Assembly: GCA_963790025.1 (NCBI GenBank) | Contig: CAWBMP010000005.1 | Location: forward strand, 575,224-639,223 | Length of the DNA stretch: 64,000 bases | Direction of reading: 5' to 3' | Source: Nitrospirota bacterium | Lineage (GTDB): Bacteria; Nitrospirota; Thermodesulfovibrionia; Thermodesulfovibrionales; Dissulfurispiraceae | Shown here: positions 21,419-31,087 of the stretch, piece by piece | Position numbering within the stretch: the stretch's first letter is position 1 | Layout of the letters: each line of letters opens with the position of its first letter | Made by a program: the position numbers and the translations under genes | Notes under the pieces: generated by a model | Told to the model about the DNA's origin: nothing | The model's input: only the letters and a program-made list of their open reading frames with translations | The model's database searches: none

Positions 21419-21599
21419 GCCCGACGCATAAGAACAAAGAGAAAAATAATTGCTTCCAAAATGTGGATAAACCTTGTATAGTTATTTATAAGAAGCATGA
21501 ATATATCTAAGGCGGCATTGCCGTCGCTATTAAATCGGGAGTCGGCGCCGCCCTTCCGCAGCAGATTTGGCAGGGCGATTTTGCCGAAAGGAGAGAAAG

Positions 21600-21815
21600 A
21601 TGCCAGAGAGTGTCTACAAAGTTGTTGAGCTGGTCGGAACAAGCTCTGAATCGTGGGAAAAGGCGGCAGCAGCCGCTGTCGAGACCGCCGCAAAGTCTCT
21701 GAAGGACCTGCGGATCGCCGAAGTTGTAGAGCTTGATATGCAGATCCAGGATGGAAAGGTCCACGCATACAGAGCTAAAGTCAAGGTGTCGTTCAAATAC
21801 CTCAGCAAAGCATAG
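21600..21815 (+). CDS. Dodecin-family protein
   Basis: SVYKVVELVGTSSESWEKAA..YRAKVKVSFKY; RBS AAGGAG. Confidence 0.93.
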   Translation: MPESVYKVVELVGTSSESWEKAAAAAVETAAKSLKDLRIAEVVELDMQIQDGKVHAYRAKVKVSFKYLSKA

Positions 21816-21844
21816 TAAGGCGTACTTTATTATTGATATTTGAA

Positions 21845-21873
21845 CAGGGACGGTCAGGAAAAGAGCCGTCCCT
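21845..21873. terminator. Hairpin between convergent dodecin and rubredoxin-domain genes
   Basis: CAGGGACGG...CCGTCCCTG followed by a T-rich run. Confidence 0.65.
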
Positions 21874-21881
21874 GTCTTATT

Positions 21882-22361
21882 TTATGCGATCTTTTCGAAA
21901 ACGTCCTTTGTCGCTTTACAAACCGGACACTTCCAGTCGGATGGAAGGTCCTCGAACTTCACGCGTTCTTTGTCCTCCTTGTAGAGCCACTTGCAGGCAG
22001 CACACCGCCAGATAGTGCCGTCTTCGCGATCACCGTTTCTAGCGATAATTTCCCATCCGCGATAAGTCCATTCTTCAAGCTTCGGAGGATAGAACCCGGA
22101 AAAAATTGTCTTGTCGCGGGCATCATCAAACATTACTTCAACAATATAATCGCCCTTTTTTACCGTATAGCCCCAGACGAAATTATCTTTAGTTTCCGGG
22201 GTGTCGGTTTTAGCAACGAACGAAAATGTGTTGCCGTGTCTCTTTACTTTAGACCAGCTGAAGCAGCAGGGGAGCACAGAGGTGCAACCGCACTTGCCGC
22301 CTTTGAGTTCAAGCCCGTCGACCAGAAAGCCGCCAGGTGCCTTTTCAATTGCAATTTCCAT
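21882..22361 (-). CDS. Rubredoxin-domain protein with Cys-rich N-terminal domain
   Basis: C-terminal [24 protein letters not shown]-terminal [19 protein letters not shown]. Confidence 0.85.
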   Translation of the reverse strand: MEIAIEKAPGGFLVDGLELKGGKCGCTSVLPCCFSWSKVKRHGNTFSFVAKTDTPETKDNFVWGYTVKKGDYIVEVMFDDARDKTIFSGFYPPKLEEWTYRGWEIIARNGDREDGTIWRCAACKWLYKEDKERVKFEDLPSDWKCPVCKATKDVFEKIA

Positions 22362-22383
22362 AATACCTCCGATTTTAAAACGG

Positions 22384-23100
22384 TTATGCGTTTTTTTGAG
22401 GCAATGCCATATATGATTTTACCTTGACCTTTACTTGGTAATTTCTGTAACGGATCGATAAATGGGATTGGTACCATGACATTTCAGGGTCCAGTATGCT
22501 TTCTGTTGTTCCATATTCGCTCCGGACCGGAGTATCGTAAGATATGAATAATTTCTCTCCATTATCGAGTTCTATTGTCTGTTCAAGCGGAAGAAGGTCT
22601 TTTTTCCCGATTATCAGCTTCCTGTTGAAATTTCTTAATATGTAAACATCCTTTTCTTCCTGGACCGTATAGTCTTTGATGGTCCACCACAGAAAGCTGT
22701 TTTTCAGGCCGTTTACCAGAACTATGATCTTGTTCTTGTCCATCTTCGGTTTGCTGTGTATGACGCCGTTGTCCTCGGTCAACTCCCCATACAGAAAACC
22801 CAGATAATAAATTCTGAGGTCCAGTGCAGAAGGTGAAAGGTCCATGTGGGCATCGCCGCTCATCGTCGCGTCATTTTTTTCGTAGTCTATAGCCAAAATC
22901 GCCTCCACGGACTTGACGGTATTCATCTTTTCCATAATATCGGCAAGAGCAAGCCCCTCGCGGGACGGTTTTTCAGCAATTTTGGGCGCACAGGAAACAA
23001 AAAGAAACAGGCAAAGGGCAAAAACAAGCAGTGTTTTACCTTTAACCTTTAACCTTTCGCCTTTACCCTTCTTTAATGTGTTCCATCGTTTCTTCAACAT
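22384..23100 (-). CDS. Putative lipoprotein (start uncertain)
   Basis: Basic n-region, hydrophobic stretch, lipobox FVSC; beta-rich body. Confidence 0.7.
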   Translation of the reverse strand: MLKKRWNTLKKGKGERLKVKGKTLLVFALCLFLFVSCAPKIAEKPSREGLALADIMEKMNTVKSVEAILAIDYEKNDATMSGDAHMDLSPSALDLRIYYLGFLYGELTEDNGVIHSKPKMDKNKIIVLVNGLKNSFLWWTIKDYTVQEEKDVYILRNFNRKLIIGKKDLLPLEQTIELDNGEKLFISYDTPVRSEYGTTESILDPEMSWYQSHLSIRYRNYQVKVKVKSYMALPQKNA

Positions 23101-24421
23101 TTTTCACTCCTATTATCGTTAATCCCAAATCGGTCTTAAGGCGCTCCATGTTGCCTTTTGGTATGATCGCTTTTTTAAAGCCTATCTTTGCCGCCTCTTT
23201 GAGCCTTGATTCCCCCTGCGCAACTGCCCGAACTTCACCTGATAGCCCGACCTCTCCGAAAAGAAAGGTCTTGGAATCTATCGGTATCTCTCTGAACGAT
23301 GAGGCGATTGCCGCAATAATGCCGAGGTCGGAGGCCGGCTCGATTACTTTCAGGCCCCCGACAATATTAATAAAGATATCCATTCCCCCCAAGTGCATGC
23401 CCGCTTTTTTTTCGAGCACGGCAACGAGGAGATTTACCCTGTTATAATCAACGCCCATGCTTGTTCTCCTGGGCATCCCGAACGTAGTGGGCGCTACCAG
23501 GGCCTGTATTTCAACGAGTAAGGGACGCGTGCCTTCCATGCTGGCTATTACTGTCGAGCCCGAGACATTGAGAGGTCTCTCTGACAGAAAAAGCTCCGAG
23601 GGGTTGCTGATCTCTGCCAGACCGCTGTCGGTCATTTCGAATACGCCTATTTCATTAGTTGAGCCGAACCTGTTTTTTACTGTGCGGAGAATGCGGTAAG
23701 GATGTCCCCTGTCACCCTCGAAATACAGCACCGTATCAACAAGGTGTTCCAGTACACGGGGCCCCGCAATTGCCCCTTCTTTGGTTACATGTCCTATAAG
23801 GAAAACAGGGACGCGTGTTTTCTTTGCAAAGAGCATCAGTTTGGCTGCCGATTCCCTTACTTGGCCCACTGAACCAGGCGCCGAAGTAAGGTCCTCGGTA
23901 AATATTGTCTGTATGGAATCGACCACAAGGGCGGCAGGCTTGAGTTCCCTGGCAGTTATTATAATATTTTCAACCAGTGTCTCGGGCAGCAGGATAATTG
24001 TTCCGGCATTGATCGAAAGCCGTTCAGCCCTCAATTTGATCTGTTCCGGAGATTCTTCACCAGACACATAAAGAACCGTCTTCTGATGTGCTATTTTTGC
24101 CAACGCCTGGAGGATAAGCGTGGATTTCCCGATGCCCGGATCACCGCCAATAAGCACAATGGAGCCGTCGACCAAGCCTCCGCCGAGCACTCGGTCCAAC
24201 TCCTGTATGCCGATACAGTTTCTCCGCTCCTTTCCCCCGGTAATTGCATTCAGGGGTTGGGCTTCGGCAACGCCGTAGGAGTTTGAGGATTTCAATGCCT
24301 TGGGGCTTTGCCGCTCCTCTGAGAAACTGTTCCATGCGCCGCAATCAGGGCACTTGCCGAGCCATTTAGGGCTCGCATAGCCGCAGGTCTGACACTGAAA
24401 AACAGTTTTAATTTTAGTCAT
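23063..24421 (-). CDS. radA: DNA repair protein RadA/Sms
   Basis: N-terminal C4 zinc finger, GDPGIGKSTL, KNRFG, Lon-like C-terminus. Confidence 0.98.
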   Translation of the reverse strand: MTKIKTVFQCQTCGYASPKWLGKCPDCGAWNSFSEERQSPKALKSSNSYGVAEAQPLNAITGGKERRNCIGIQELDRVLGGGLVDGSIVLIGGDPGIGKSTLILQALAKIAHQKTVLYVSGEESPEQIKLRAERLSINAGTIILLPETLVENIIITARELKPAALVVDSIQTIFTEDLTSAPGSVGQVRESAAKLMLFAKKTRVPVFLIGHVTKEGAIAGPRVLEHLVDTVLYFEGDRGHPYRILRTVKNRFGSTNEIGVFEMTDSGLAEISNPSELFLSERPLNVSGSTVIASMEGTRPLLVEIQALVAPTTFGMPRRTSMGVDYNRVNLLVAVLEKKAGMHLGGMDIFINIVGGLKVIEPASDLGIIAAIASSFREIPIDSKTFLFGEVGLSGEVRAVAQGESRLKEAAKIGFKKAIIPKGNMERLKTDLGLTIIGVKNVEETMEHIKEG

Positions 24422-24423
24422 AG

Positions 24424-24507
24424 CAAGTTAGATGCAGGTATAGGCAGAGGCATAGGTAAAGGAAAGGCCCTGCTGTCATTTGTCTTTACCTCTATCTTTA
24501 CCTTTGT
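24424..24507. repeat. Inverted hexamer repeat spacer (AGGYAW)n...(TTTACC)n
   Basis: aggtataggcagaggcataggtaaagg ... ctttacctctatctttacctttg. Confidence 0.7.
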
Positions 24508-25272
24508 TTATAAATTAAGCAGCCGCATTCCTTTTCCGAGCGTGAAAGCGCTTTCGATAGCCTCTATGACGAATGCCCTGGCTGCACTCGTGGCATCGAT
24601 GACAGAGGCCCCGTTAGCAAGTGACGCAGTGACGGCGGCAGAGAATGCGCATCCGGTTCCGTGGAATTCGCCGGGTATCTTCCTGCCCCTGAACCGGTGA
24701 AATGCCTTGCCGTCATAGAGCAGTTCAAGCGTCTCACCCTCCAGATGTCCGCCGGTGATGATTACCACTTCGGGGCCAATCCTTTTTAATGCAATTGCGG
24801 CCTGCTCCATTGTCTCCTCGTCCGATACGGCAATACCGGTGAGAGTTGAAGCCTCCATGAAATTCGGCGTAATGACTTTTGCCAGAGGAAACAGCTCCTC
24901 CCTCATCACATCGACGGCCTTTTTTTCCAGAAGGCTTGTGCCGGAAGAAGATAAGATAACCGGGTCTACCACGAGATTTTGCAGGTCAAATTCTGTTACT
25001 ACTTTAGCTACCGACTTCACGGCATCAGCGGAGAGAAGCATCCCCGTTTTGAGCGCACCGGGCCGAATATCAGCAAGAATAGTGTTTAATTGTTCATATA
25101 AAAAAGGACCTTCTATCCTTTCAATTGCGCTGACCTTCAAAGTATTTTGCGCCGTAACAGCGGACAGCGCCGAGAGGCCGTAGACGGCAAAGCGGCTAAA
25201 AACCTTTAGATCGGCCTGTATCCCGGCCCCTCCCGAAGGGTCCGAACCTGCTATGGTCAGGGCAATTTTCAT
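24508..25272 (-). CDS. thiD: HMP/HMP-P kinase
   Basis: ALTIAGSDPSGGAGIQADLK, TAQNT, VVDPV, HGTGCAFS. Confidence 0.96.
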   Translation of the reverse strand: MKIALTIAGSDPSGGAGIQADLKVFSRFAVYGLSALSAVTAQNTLKVSAIERIEGPFLYEQLNTILADIRPGALKTGMLLSADAVKSVAKVVTEFDLQNLVVDPVILSSSGTSLLEKKAVDVMREELFPLAKVITPNFMEASTLTGIAVSDEETMEQAAIALKRIGPEVVIITGGHLEGETLELLYDGKAFHRFRGRKIPGEFHGTGCAFSAAVTASLANGASVIDATSAARAFVIEAIESAFTLGKGMRLLNL

Positions 25273-25413
25273 GACACAATTAGTATATCAGAAAGTTATA
25301 GGTTAGAGGATAGAGGTTGGAGACCTCTAACGTTGATGGTTGACAAATGTGTATAATTTTTAGTAACTTAATAATCTTATTAAATTCGCTGTATTTATAT
25401 GGAAGGTGTAACG

Positions 25414-25848
25414 ATGAGAACCAGGTTTGCCAAGAGAAATGAAATTGAGCACAAATGGTATATTGTTGATGCCAAGGACAAGGTGTTGGGCAGGTTGGCA
25501 AGCAGGATTGCAACCTACATAAGGGGAAAACATAAGCCTATATTTACCCCCAATGTCGATACCGGAGATTTTATGATTGTTATCAATGCAGATAAAGTTA
25601 AGGTCACCGGCAACAAACTTTTGGACAAGATGTATCAACACCATACCGGGTATATAGGGAACCTGAAAGAGAAATCACTCAGGGACAGGATGAATACTGA
25701 GCCCGAGAAAGTGATTGAGGATGCGGTCTGGGGAATGCTTCCCAAAAACAGGCTCGGCAGGGCGATGATCAAAAAGCTTAAAGTATACCGGGGTCCGGAG
25801 CACGGTCATGCCGCCCAGAAACCCGAGTTAATAGAAATCACTAAGTAA
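25414..25848 (+). CDS. rplM: 50S ribosomal protein L13
   Basis: [28 protein letters not shown]; upstream TTGACA at 25340. Confidence 0.99.
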   Translation: MRTRFAKRNEIEHKWYIVDAKDKVLGRLASRIATYIRGKHKPIFTPNVDTGDFMIVINADKVKVTGNKLLDKMYQHHTGYIGNLKEKSLRDRMNTEPEKVIEDAVWGMLPKNRLGRAMIKKLKVYRGPEHGHAAQKPELIEITK

Positions 25849-25862
25849 GGAGTAAATCGATA

Positions 25863-26255
25863 ATGGTGTCTATAAATTATAATTCAACAGGCAGAAGGAA
25901 GCGGTCCATAGCGCGGGTGAGCCTCGTTCCGGGGAAAGGCAACATCATAGTTAATGAAAGGGACATAGATAGCTACTTTCCGAGAGAGACGTTGAGAATG
26001 ATCATCAGGCAGCCGCTCCAGCTTACAGGCACGACGGCGAAATATGACGTGGTTGCCAGGGTTAACGGAGGCGGGCTCAGCGGCCAGGCAGGCGCCTTGC
26101 GGCATGGAATTGCAAGAGCGCTGGTTGCTTCCGATGCCGATATGAAGCCTAAGCTCAAAAAAGAGGGACTCCTTACCAGAGACCCCAGAGAAGTGGAGCG
26201 GAAGAAGTACGGCCAGAAAGGTGCACGCGCAAGGTTCCAGTTCTCCAAGCGGTAA
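25863..26255 (+). CDS. rpsI: 30S ribosomal protein S9
   Basis: [37 protein letters not shown]. Confidence 0.99.
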   Translation: MVSINYNSTGRRKRSIARVSLVPGKGNIIVNERDIDSYFPRETLRMIIRQPLQLTGTTAKYDVVARVNGGGLSGQAGALRHGIARALVASDADMKPKLKKEGLLTRDPREVERKKYGQKGARARFQFSKR

Positions 26256-26282
26256 ATTCGCATTTTTTTAAAAATGCAGATA

Positions 26283-26312
26283 GGGCTCGTTCAATGAACG
26301 GGCCTTATGTTT
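26283..26312 (+). terminator. Probable intrinsic terminator after rpsI
   Basis: GGGCTCGTTCA-A-TGAACGGGCC hairpin followed by TTATGTTT. Confidence 0.6.
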
Positions 26313-26328
26313 ATGAGGAGTACTCACT

Positions 26329-27372
26329 ATGATTAAAGTGGCAATTTGCGGCGGCAGCGGGTATGCCGGGGCCGAACTCCTTAGAATACTGTTGCTTCAT
26401 CCCGAGGTGGAAGTGATTGCGGTGACGTCGGAGAAGTCTGCCGGCAGGCGGGTGACCGACCTCTTCCCTCACCTCCATCGTTATGCGCATTTGGTGTTTC
26501 AGCATCTCGGCAGCAAAGAGGGCCTGGTTGAAAAGGCGGAGCTTTTTTTCATGGCTTTGCCCCACGCTGCATCTCAGGAGGCGGTGGACTTTTTCTTCAA
26601 AAAAGGGAAAAAGGTCATCGACCTTTCGGCTGACTACCGTCTGGCCGATTCAACGGTGTACGAAGAATGGTATAAAACCCAGCATCACTATCAGGAGACC
26701 CTGAAAAAATCTGTATACGGCCTGCCTGAGTTGCACCGCGAGCGGATAAGAACAGCAGGGCTCATTGCAAATCCAGGCTGCTATCCGACAGGCGCCATAC
26801 TCGGTCTGTATCCAGCAATCAAAGAGGGAATTATTGACACAGAGACCATTATTATAGACTCCAAATCAGGTACCTCCGGAGCCGGTCGCAAGGCGGAAAC
26901 GGCGTTTTCCTATTGTGAGGTCAATGAAGGTTTCAAGGCATACGGGATTGCAGTGCACCGCCACACTCCCGAGATAGAGCAGGAATTGTCGGCGCTGGCC
27001 GGAAAAAAAGTTGTGGTTAATTTTACTCCCCACCTTGTGGCTATTGACAGGGGGATCGTTTCTACGATTTACGGAAAATTGGCCGGAAGCATCGATACCT
27101 GTGATGTGCTTGCGCTTTACAATAAAGCTTATGGCAAGGAGCCGTTTCTGAATGTCCTCGAAGAGGGCGTATTCCCAAACGCTAAGAATGTCCGCGGCAG
27201 CAATTATTGCGAGATCGGGCTCAAGGTAAACAAAAGGACCGGTACATTGATTATTGTTACCGCAATTGACAATCTTGTGAAAGGGGCATCAGGTCAGGCA
27301 GTGCAGAATATGAACATCATGATGGGCTTCCCGGAGAATACCGCGCTCGAATCCTTGGCGCTCTTCCCATAG
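26329..27372 (+). CDS. argC: N-acetyl-gamma-glutamyl-phosphate reductase
   Basis: GGSGYAG, DLSADYRL, IANPGCYPT, IDNLVKGASGQAVQNMN. Confidence 0.98.
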   Translation: MIKVAICGGSGYAGAELLRILLLHPEVEVIAVTSEKSAGRRVTDLFPHLHRYAHLVFQHLGSKEGLVEKAELFFMALPHAASQEAVDFFFKKGKKVIDLSADYRLADSTVYEEWYKTQHHYQETLKKSVYGLPELHRERIRTAGLIANPGCYPTGAILGLYPAIKEGIIDTETIIIDSKSGTSGAGRKAETAFSYCEVNEGFKAYGIAVHRHTPEIEQELSALAGKKVVVNFTPHLVAIDRGIVSTIYGKLAGSIDTCDVLALYNKAYGKEPFLNVLEEGVFPNAKNVRGSNYCEIGLKVNKRTGTLIIVTAIDNLVKGASGQAVQNMNIMMGFPENTALESLALFP

Positions 27373-27378
27373 TTGTAT

Positions 27379-27481
27379 TTGACATGTTTGGCTGAAAGCT
27401 GTTAGTATTGTAATGTAAAACTGCTTTACCCGGATGAAAATTACGTTATCATAAGCCCCGGATTACGCCGGGGCTTTTTTT
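27379..27481 (+). promoter_or_regulatory. Promoter plus leader with mini-ORF and terminator hairpin (attenuator-like)
   Basis: TTGACA-18-TAGTAT with TG; MKITLS* at 27434-27454; AAGCCCCGG/CCGGGGCTT plus U-tract just before the helicase RBS. Confidence 0.55.
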
Positions 27482-27507
27482 CGACGAGCGCAGAAATAAG
27501 GAGTATT

Positions 27508-28770
27508 ATGGAATTTCAAGCATTTGAGCTTCACCCCCATGTCGCAGCCGGGGTTACGGCTGCGGGCTTTACCACACCAACGCCGATCCAGGAGCAGGCG
27601 ATTCCGCCAGTTATATTGGGACGGGATGTAATGGGTCTTGCACAGACCGGCACTGGTAAAACTGCAGCCTTCGTGCTGCCTATCCTGAATCGCCTCATGC
27701 AAGGGGAGCGCAGGCGGGTTCGGGCCCTTGTTATCGCCCCGACCCGCGAACTGGCCGAGCAGATCCACGAGGCGGTCGTCAGTCTGGGACGGCAGACGCG
27801 TCTTAAAAGTGTAACGGTCTATGGCGGCGTAGGGTTCAATCCGCAGGCAGAAAAGCTGAAACGCGGCGCAGAGATCGTGGTAGCGTGCCCGGGACGGCTC
27901 CTGGACCACATCGGGCAGGGAACAATCGACCTTTCCAAGTTGGAGGTTTTGGTCCTTGACGAAGCCGACCGTATGTTTGACATGGGCTTTTTACCCGATA
28001 TCAAGAAAATTCTGAAGTGTCTCCCTCAGCAGCGGCAGACCCTGCTTTTCTCTGCCACTATGCCCGAAGAGATCCGGCATCTGGCCAACGACATCCTGGA
28101 TAAACCTGTCACACTCCAGGTGGGTGATACCATCCCGCCGATCACGGTCAGCCACGCCCTGTACCCTGTCTCTCAGGACCTGAAGACCCCTCTGCTTATC
28201 GAGCTGTTGCAGCGTTCCGACACCGACTCCGTGCTGATATTTACACGTACCAAGCACCGGGCAAAACGTCTGGGAGAACAACTGGTCAAAAGCGGCTACC
28301 GTGCGGCGTCTTTGCAAGGGAACCTTTCGCAGTCGCGGCGGCAGGCGGCGATGAACGGGTTCCGCGACGGCACGTTCCAAATCCTGGTGGCTACGGATAT
28401 TGCGGCGCGCGGGATTGATGTGACACAGATATCCCACGTTATCAACTACGACATCCCCGATACGACCGATGCATATATCCACCGTATCGGCCGCACTGGT
28501 CGTGCGGCCCGAAGCGGCGATGCATATACACTGGTGACCGGTGAGGATGCGGACATGGTGCGGGCCATCGAGCAGGTCCTCAGAGGCCCGGTCGAGCGCC
28601 GCACTGTGGCTGATTTCGACTATAGTGTCACAGCTCCACGAAAGGACAACAGGGCCTCCCGCCCTATGCAGAGACCGGCAGCAGCCCGCAAGCTGGTTAG
28701 GGCCAAGGCATCCGTAAGACAGTGGGGAGGATATAACTTTCAGCCGAAAAGCGCCGGAATGATAAAATGA
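27508..28770 (+). CDS. DEAD-box RNA helicase (RhlE-like)
   Basis: PTPIQ, AQTGTGKT, PTRELA, DEADRM, SAT, ARGID, HRIGRTGR. Confidence 0.97.
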   Translation: MEFQAFELHPHVAAGVTAAGFTTPTPIQEQAIPPVILGRDVMGLAQTGTGKTAAFVLPILNRLMQGERRRVRALVIAPTRELAEQIHEAVVSLGRQTRLKSVTVYGGVGFNPQAEKLKRGAEIVVACPGRLLDHIGQGTIDLSKLEVLVLDEADRMFDMGFLPDIKKILKCLPQQRQTLLFSATMPEEIRHLANDILDKPVTLQVGDTIPPITVSHALYPVSQDLKTPLLIELLQRSDTDSVLIFTRTKHRAKRLGEQLVKSGYRAASLQGNLSQSRRQAAMNGFRDGTFQILVATDIAARGIDVTQISHVINYDIPDTTDAYIHRIGRTGRAARSGDAYTLVTGEDADMVRAIEQVLRGPVERRTVADFDYSVTAPRKDNRASRPMQRPAAARKLVRAKASVRQWGGYNFQPKSAGMIK

Positions 28771-28967
28771 CCATAGCACTGCCCGATGCCTGGAAGCAGT
28801 TTGAAAAGTATGTTAATGAGAAGGGTTATACCAGGAAACTGTTAGGGGCTTACGTCCTTTGCAATAAAGAAGGTAAACAGATCAAGTTAATCTCGATAAG
28901 GCTGCGCGATTATATAATGATCGTCTGGGAAGATGGAGTGGGTTATTATGAGAGAGATCTAGAATAG
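28767..28967 (+). CDS. Small hypothetical protein
   Basis: 66-aa ORF with ATGA coupling to the helicase stop. Confidence 0.55.
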   Translation: MTIALPDAWKQFEKYVNEKGYTRKLLGAYVLCNKEGKQIKLISIRLRDYIMIVWEDGVGYYERDLE

Positions 28968-29032
28968 AGATTGCAGCAGCAGTCGATGCCGGGCTTGCGC
29001 CTCAGGCTCCGAAGATAAGTTACAATAGTGCC

Positions 29033-30202
29033 ATGGGGCATTATGACATCATCGTTATCGGAGCCGGCGCTGCAGGGCTCATGGCTGCTATTGAATGCGG
29101 CAAAAGAGGCCGTTCGGTGCTGGTTATTGATCATGCCGGCAGTATGGGGAAAAAAATACGTGTCTCCGGAGGGGGCCTCTGTAACTTCAGCAATACTGCG
29201 GTAGACTATCATAATTATATATCGCGCAACCCCCGTTTCTGTAAATCCTCACTTGCCCGTTTTACTGCAAATGATTTTATCGCGATAATGGAAAGACACG
29301 GCAATGCTTATGAAGAGCGTGAACAAGGGCAGTTGTTCTGCGTGCGGGGTTCCCTGGAGATACTAAAAATGCTCGGAGACGAATGCTCCCAAGCCGGAGT
29401 ACAACTGCTTTTAAACCGCCGTATATCTTCTATTGGCAAGGAAGAGGCGTTTACCGTTGTCACTGATAAAGAGACATTTGCCTGCGGGTCCGTGGTGGTC
29501 GCCACTGGCGGACTATCGTATCCCAAGCTGGGCGCAACGGGCCTGGGCTACAGTATAGCCCGGCAGTTCGGCATTAATGTTATTGAAACGAAGCCTGCCC
29601 TGGTCCCGTTTGTTCTGGGCCCTAGTGATTCTGCGGTTTTCGGTGAATTAAGCGGTATTTCGCTTGAAGCCATGGTCAGGTGCAACGGCAAGTATTTTCA
29701 AGGCGGCATACTGTTTACGCATAGAGGGCTGAGCGGTCCACCCATACTCCAGATTTCATCTTACTGGGGTCCTGGTGATACCCTTGCAATCGATATAGCA
29801 CCCGAAATTGATATGCAGGAAATATTCGCGGCAAAAGTGCACAGTACCATGGAAATGCCGACACTGCTTTCGCAGTTCCTGCCCAGACGTTTTGCGCGTA
29901 AATGGTGTGAACGATTTGGTTATTTAAAGCCGGTATGCAGTTACAATAAAAGGGAACTGATGAAGGTTTCACATCACATCCACAAGTGGGAAATTATTCC
30001 GGCAGGTACAGAAGACTACAGTACGGCGGAAGTTACTGCAGGGGGGATCGATACGGACGAGCTCTCGTCAAAAACAATGGAATCCAAAAAAGTGCAGGGC
30101 CTCTATTTTGCCGGTGAGGTCATTGACGTGACGGGGCAGCTGGGAGGCTATAACCTTCAGTGGGCATGGTCATCAGGTTTTGCGGCGGGACAGTATGCAT
30201 AG
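29033..30202 (+). CDS. HI0933/YhiN/BaiN-family flavoprotein
   Basis: GAGAAG, KIRVSGGGLCNFSN, LFTHRGLSGP, GQLGGYNLQWAWSSG. Confidence 0.95.
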   Translation: MGHYDIIVIGAGAAGLMAAIECGKRGRSVLVIDHAGSMGKKIRVSGGGLCNFSNTAVDYHNYISRNPRFCKSSLARFTANDFIAIMERHGNAYEEREQGQLFCVRGSLEILKMLGDECSQAGVQLLLNRRISSIGKEEAFTVVTDKETFACGSVVVATGGLSYPKLGATGLGYSIARQFGINVIETKPALVPFVLGPSDSAVFGELSGISLEAMVRCNGKYFQGGILFTHRGLSGPPILQISSYWGPGDTLAIDIAPEIDMQEIFAAKVHSTMEMPTLLSQFLPRRFARKWCERFGYLKPVCSYNKRELMKVSHHIHKWEIIPAGTEDYSTAEVTAGGIDTDELSSKTMESKKVQGLYFAGEVIDVTGQLGGYNLQWAWSSGFAAGQYA

Positions 30203-30872
30203 ATTAAAACAGATCGTACTTGCATCGGCATCTCCGCGAAGAAGAGATATATTGCAGTTGACCGGCTTGCCCTTTAAGGTTGATCCCGTCAATTGCACAG
30301 AGAACATGGACATCCGTGTATCTCCCCGCAGACTGTCGAGGGTTTTGTCCGCGAAAAAGGCCCGTATAGCTGCCGGAAAATATCCTGATGGACTTATTAT
30401 TGCTGCCGACACATTCGTTGTCTTCAGGGGCAAGATTATGGGAAAGCCCCATACGCCCGCTGAAGCCAGGGAGATGCTTGCGGCTCTGAGCGGCAAAGTG
30501 CATACTGTCATTACCGGTTTTACAATTATTGACACCCGCACCGGAAAGTGCATTTCCCGGTCAGTGGAAACAAAGGTATATTTTGACAAGCTGAGTATTA
30601 AGGAAATAAACGCATACGTGAGGACCGGCGAGCCCCTCGACAAAGCCGGAGCTTATGCCATACAGGGTCTGGGATCGATCTTTGTACGCAGGATCGAAGG
30701 GGACTATTTCAATGTAATCGGATTGCCCCTGAATGCAATGAAATCATGTCTCATCGAATTCGGCATCAACATTCAGCTTTGCGCCTCTATCAACGCCTTC
30801 AACTCCAGGACTCCCGGTGTCGGTCCCAGGTGTTTTTCTGCCAGCTCCAGTTCCATCAGGGCCTTTGCGTAG
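30195..30872 (+). CDS. maf: Maf-family nucleoside triphosphate pyrophosphatase
   Basis: LASASPRRR, AADT, GKP, EPLDKAGAYAIQG, NVIGLP. Confidence 0.95.
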   Translation: MHRLKQIVLASASPRRRDILQLTGLPFKVDPVNCTENMDIRVSPRRLSRVLSAKKARIAAGKYPDGLIIAADTFVVFRGKIMGKPHTPAEAREMLAALSGKVHTVITGFTIIDTRTGKCISRSVETKVYFDKLSIKEINAYVRTGEPLDKAGAYAIQGLGSIFVRRIEGDYFNVIGLPLNAMKSCLIEFGINIQLCASINAFNSRTPGVGPRCFSASSSSIRAFA

Positions 30873-31000
30873 AAGCCGTCTTTGTAAGTGCTTTCGTTTG
30901 CAAGGGCGAGCTTTTTGCTCTCGAGCCACAAATCCTCATTTGAATGGATAAGGGCCTGCAGTTTGATGAATATTGCGTGTTTTGCGTTTCGTTTTCTCAT
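30773..31000 (-). CDS. Small helical hypothetical protein overlapping the maf 3' end
   Basis: 75-aa ORF with ATG start and protein-like composition. Confidence 0.5.
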   Translation of the reverse strand: MRKRNAKHAIFIKLQALIHSNEDLWLESKKLALANESTYKDGFYAKALMELELAEKHLGPTPGVLELKALIEAQS

Positions 31001-31087
31001 CTATATAGTTTAACACACCGTTGCAAGAATGCGTAAAGCGGGATAATATTAGATTACCATTATAAAGGGTTAGATGAGGAGCAGCTT

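Noticed and set aside
21462..21470. DnaA box TGTGGATAA in an AT-rich spacer as possible oriC
   Set aside because: Single box, no cluster, no dnaA/dnaN nearby; other matches are inside coding regions
25273..25400. TPP riboswitch upstream of thiD
   Set aside because: No CTGAGA / ACCTGA core; the spacer holds a short heptamer repeat and the rplM promoter
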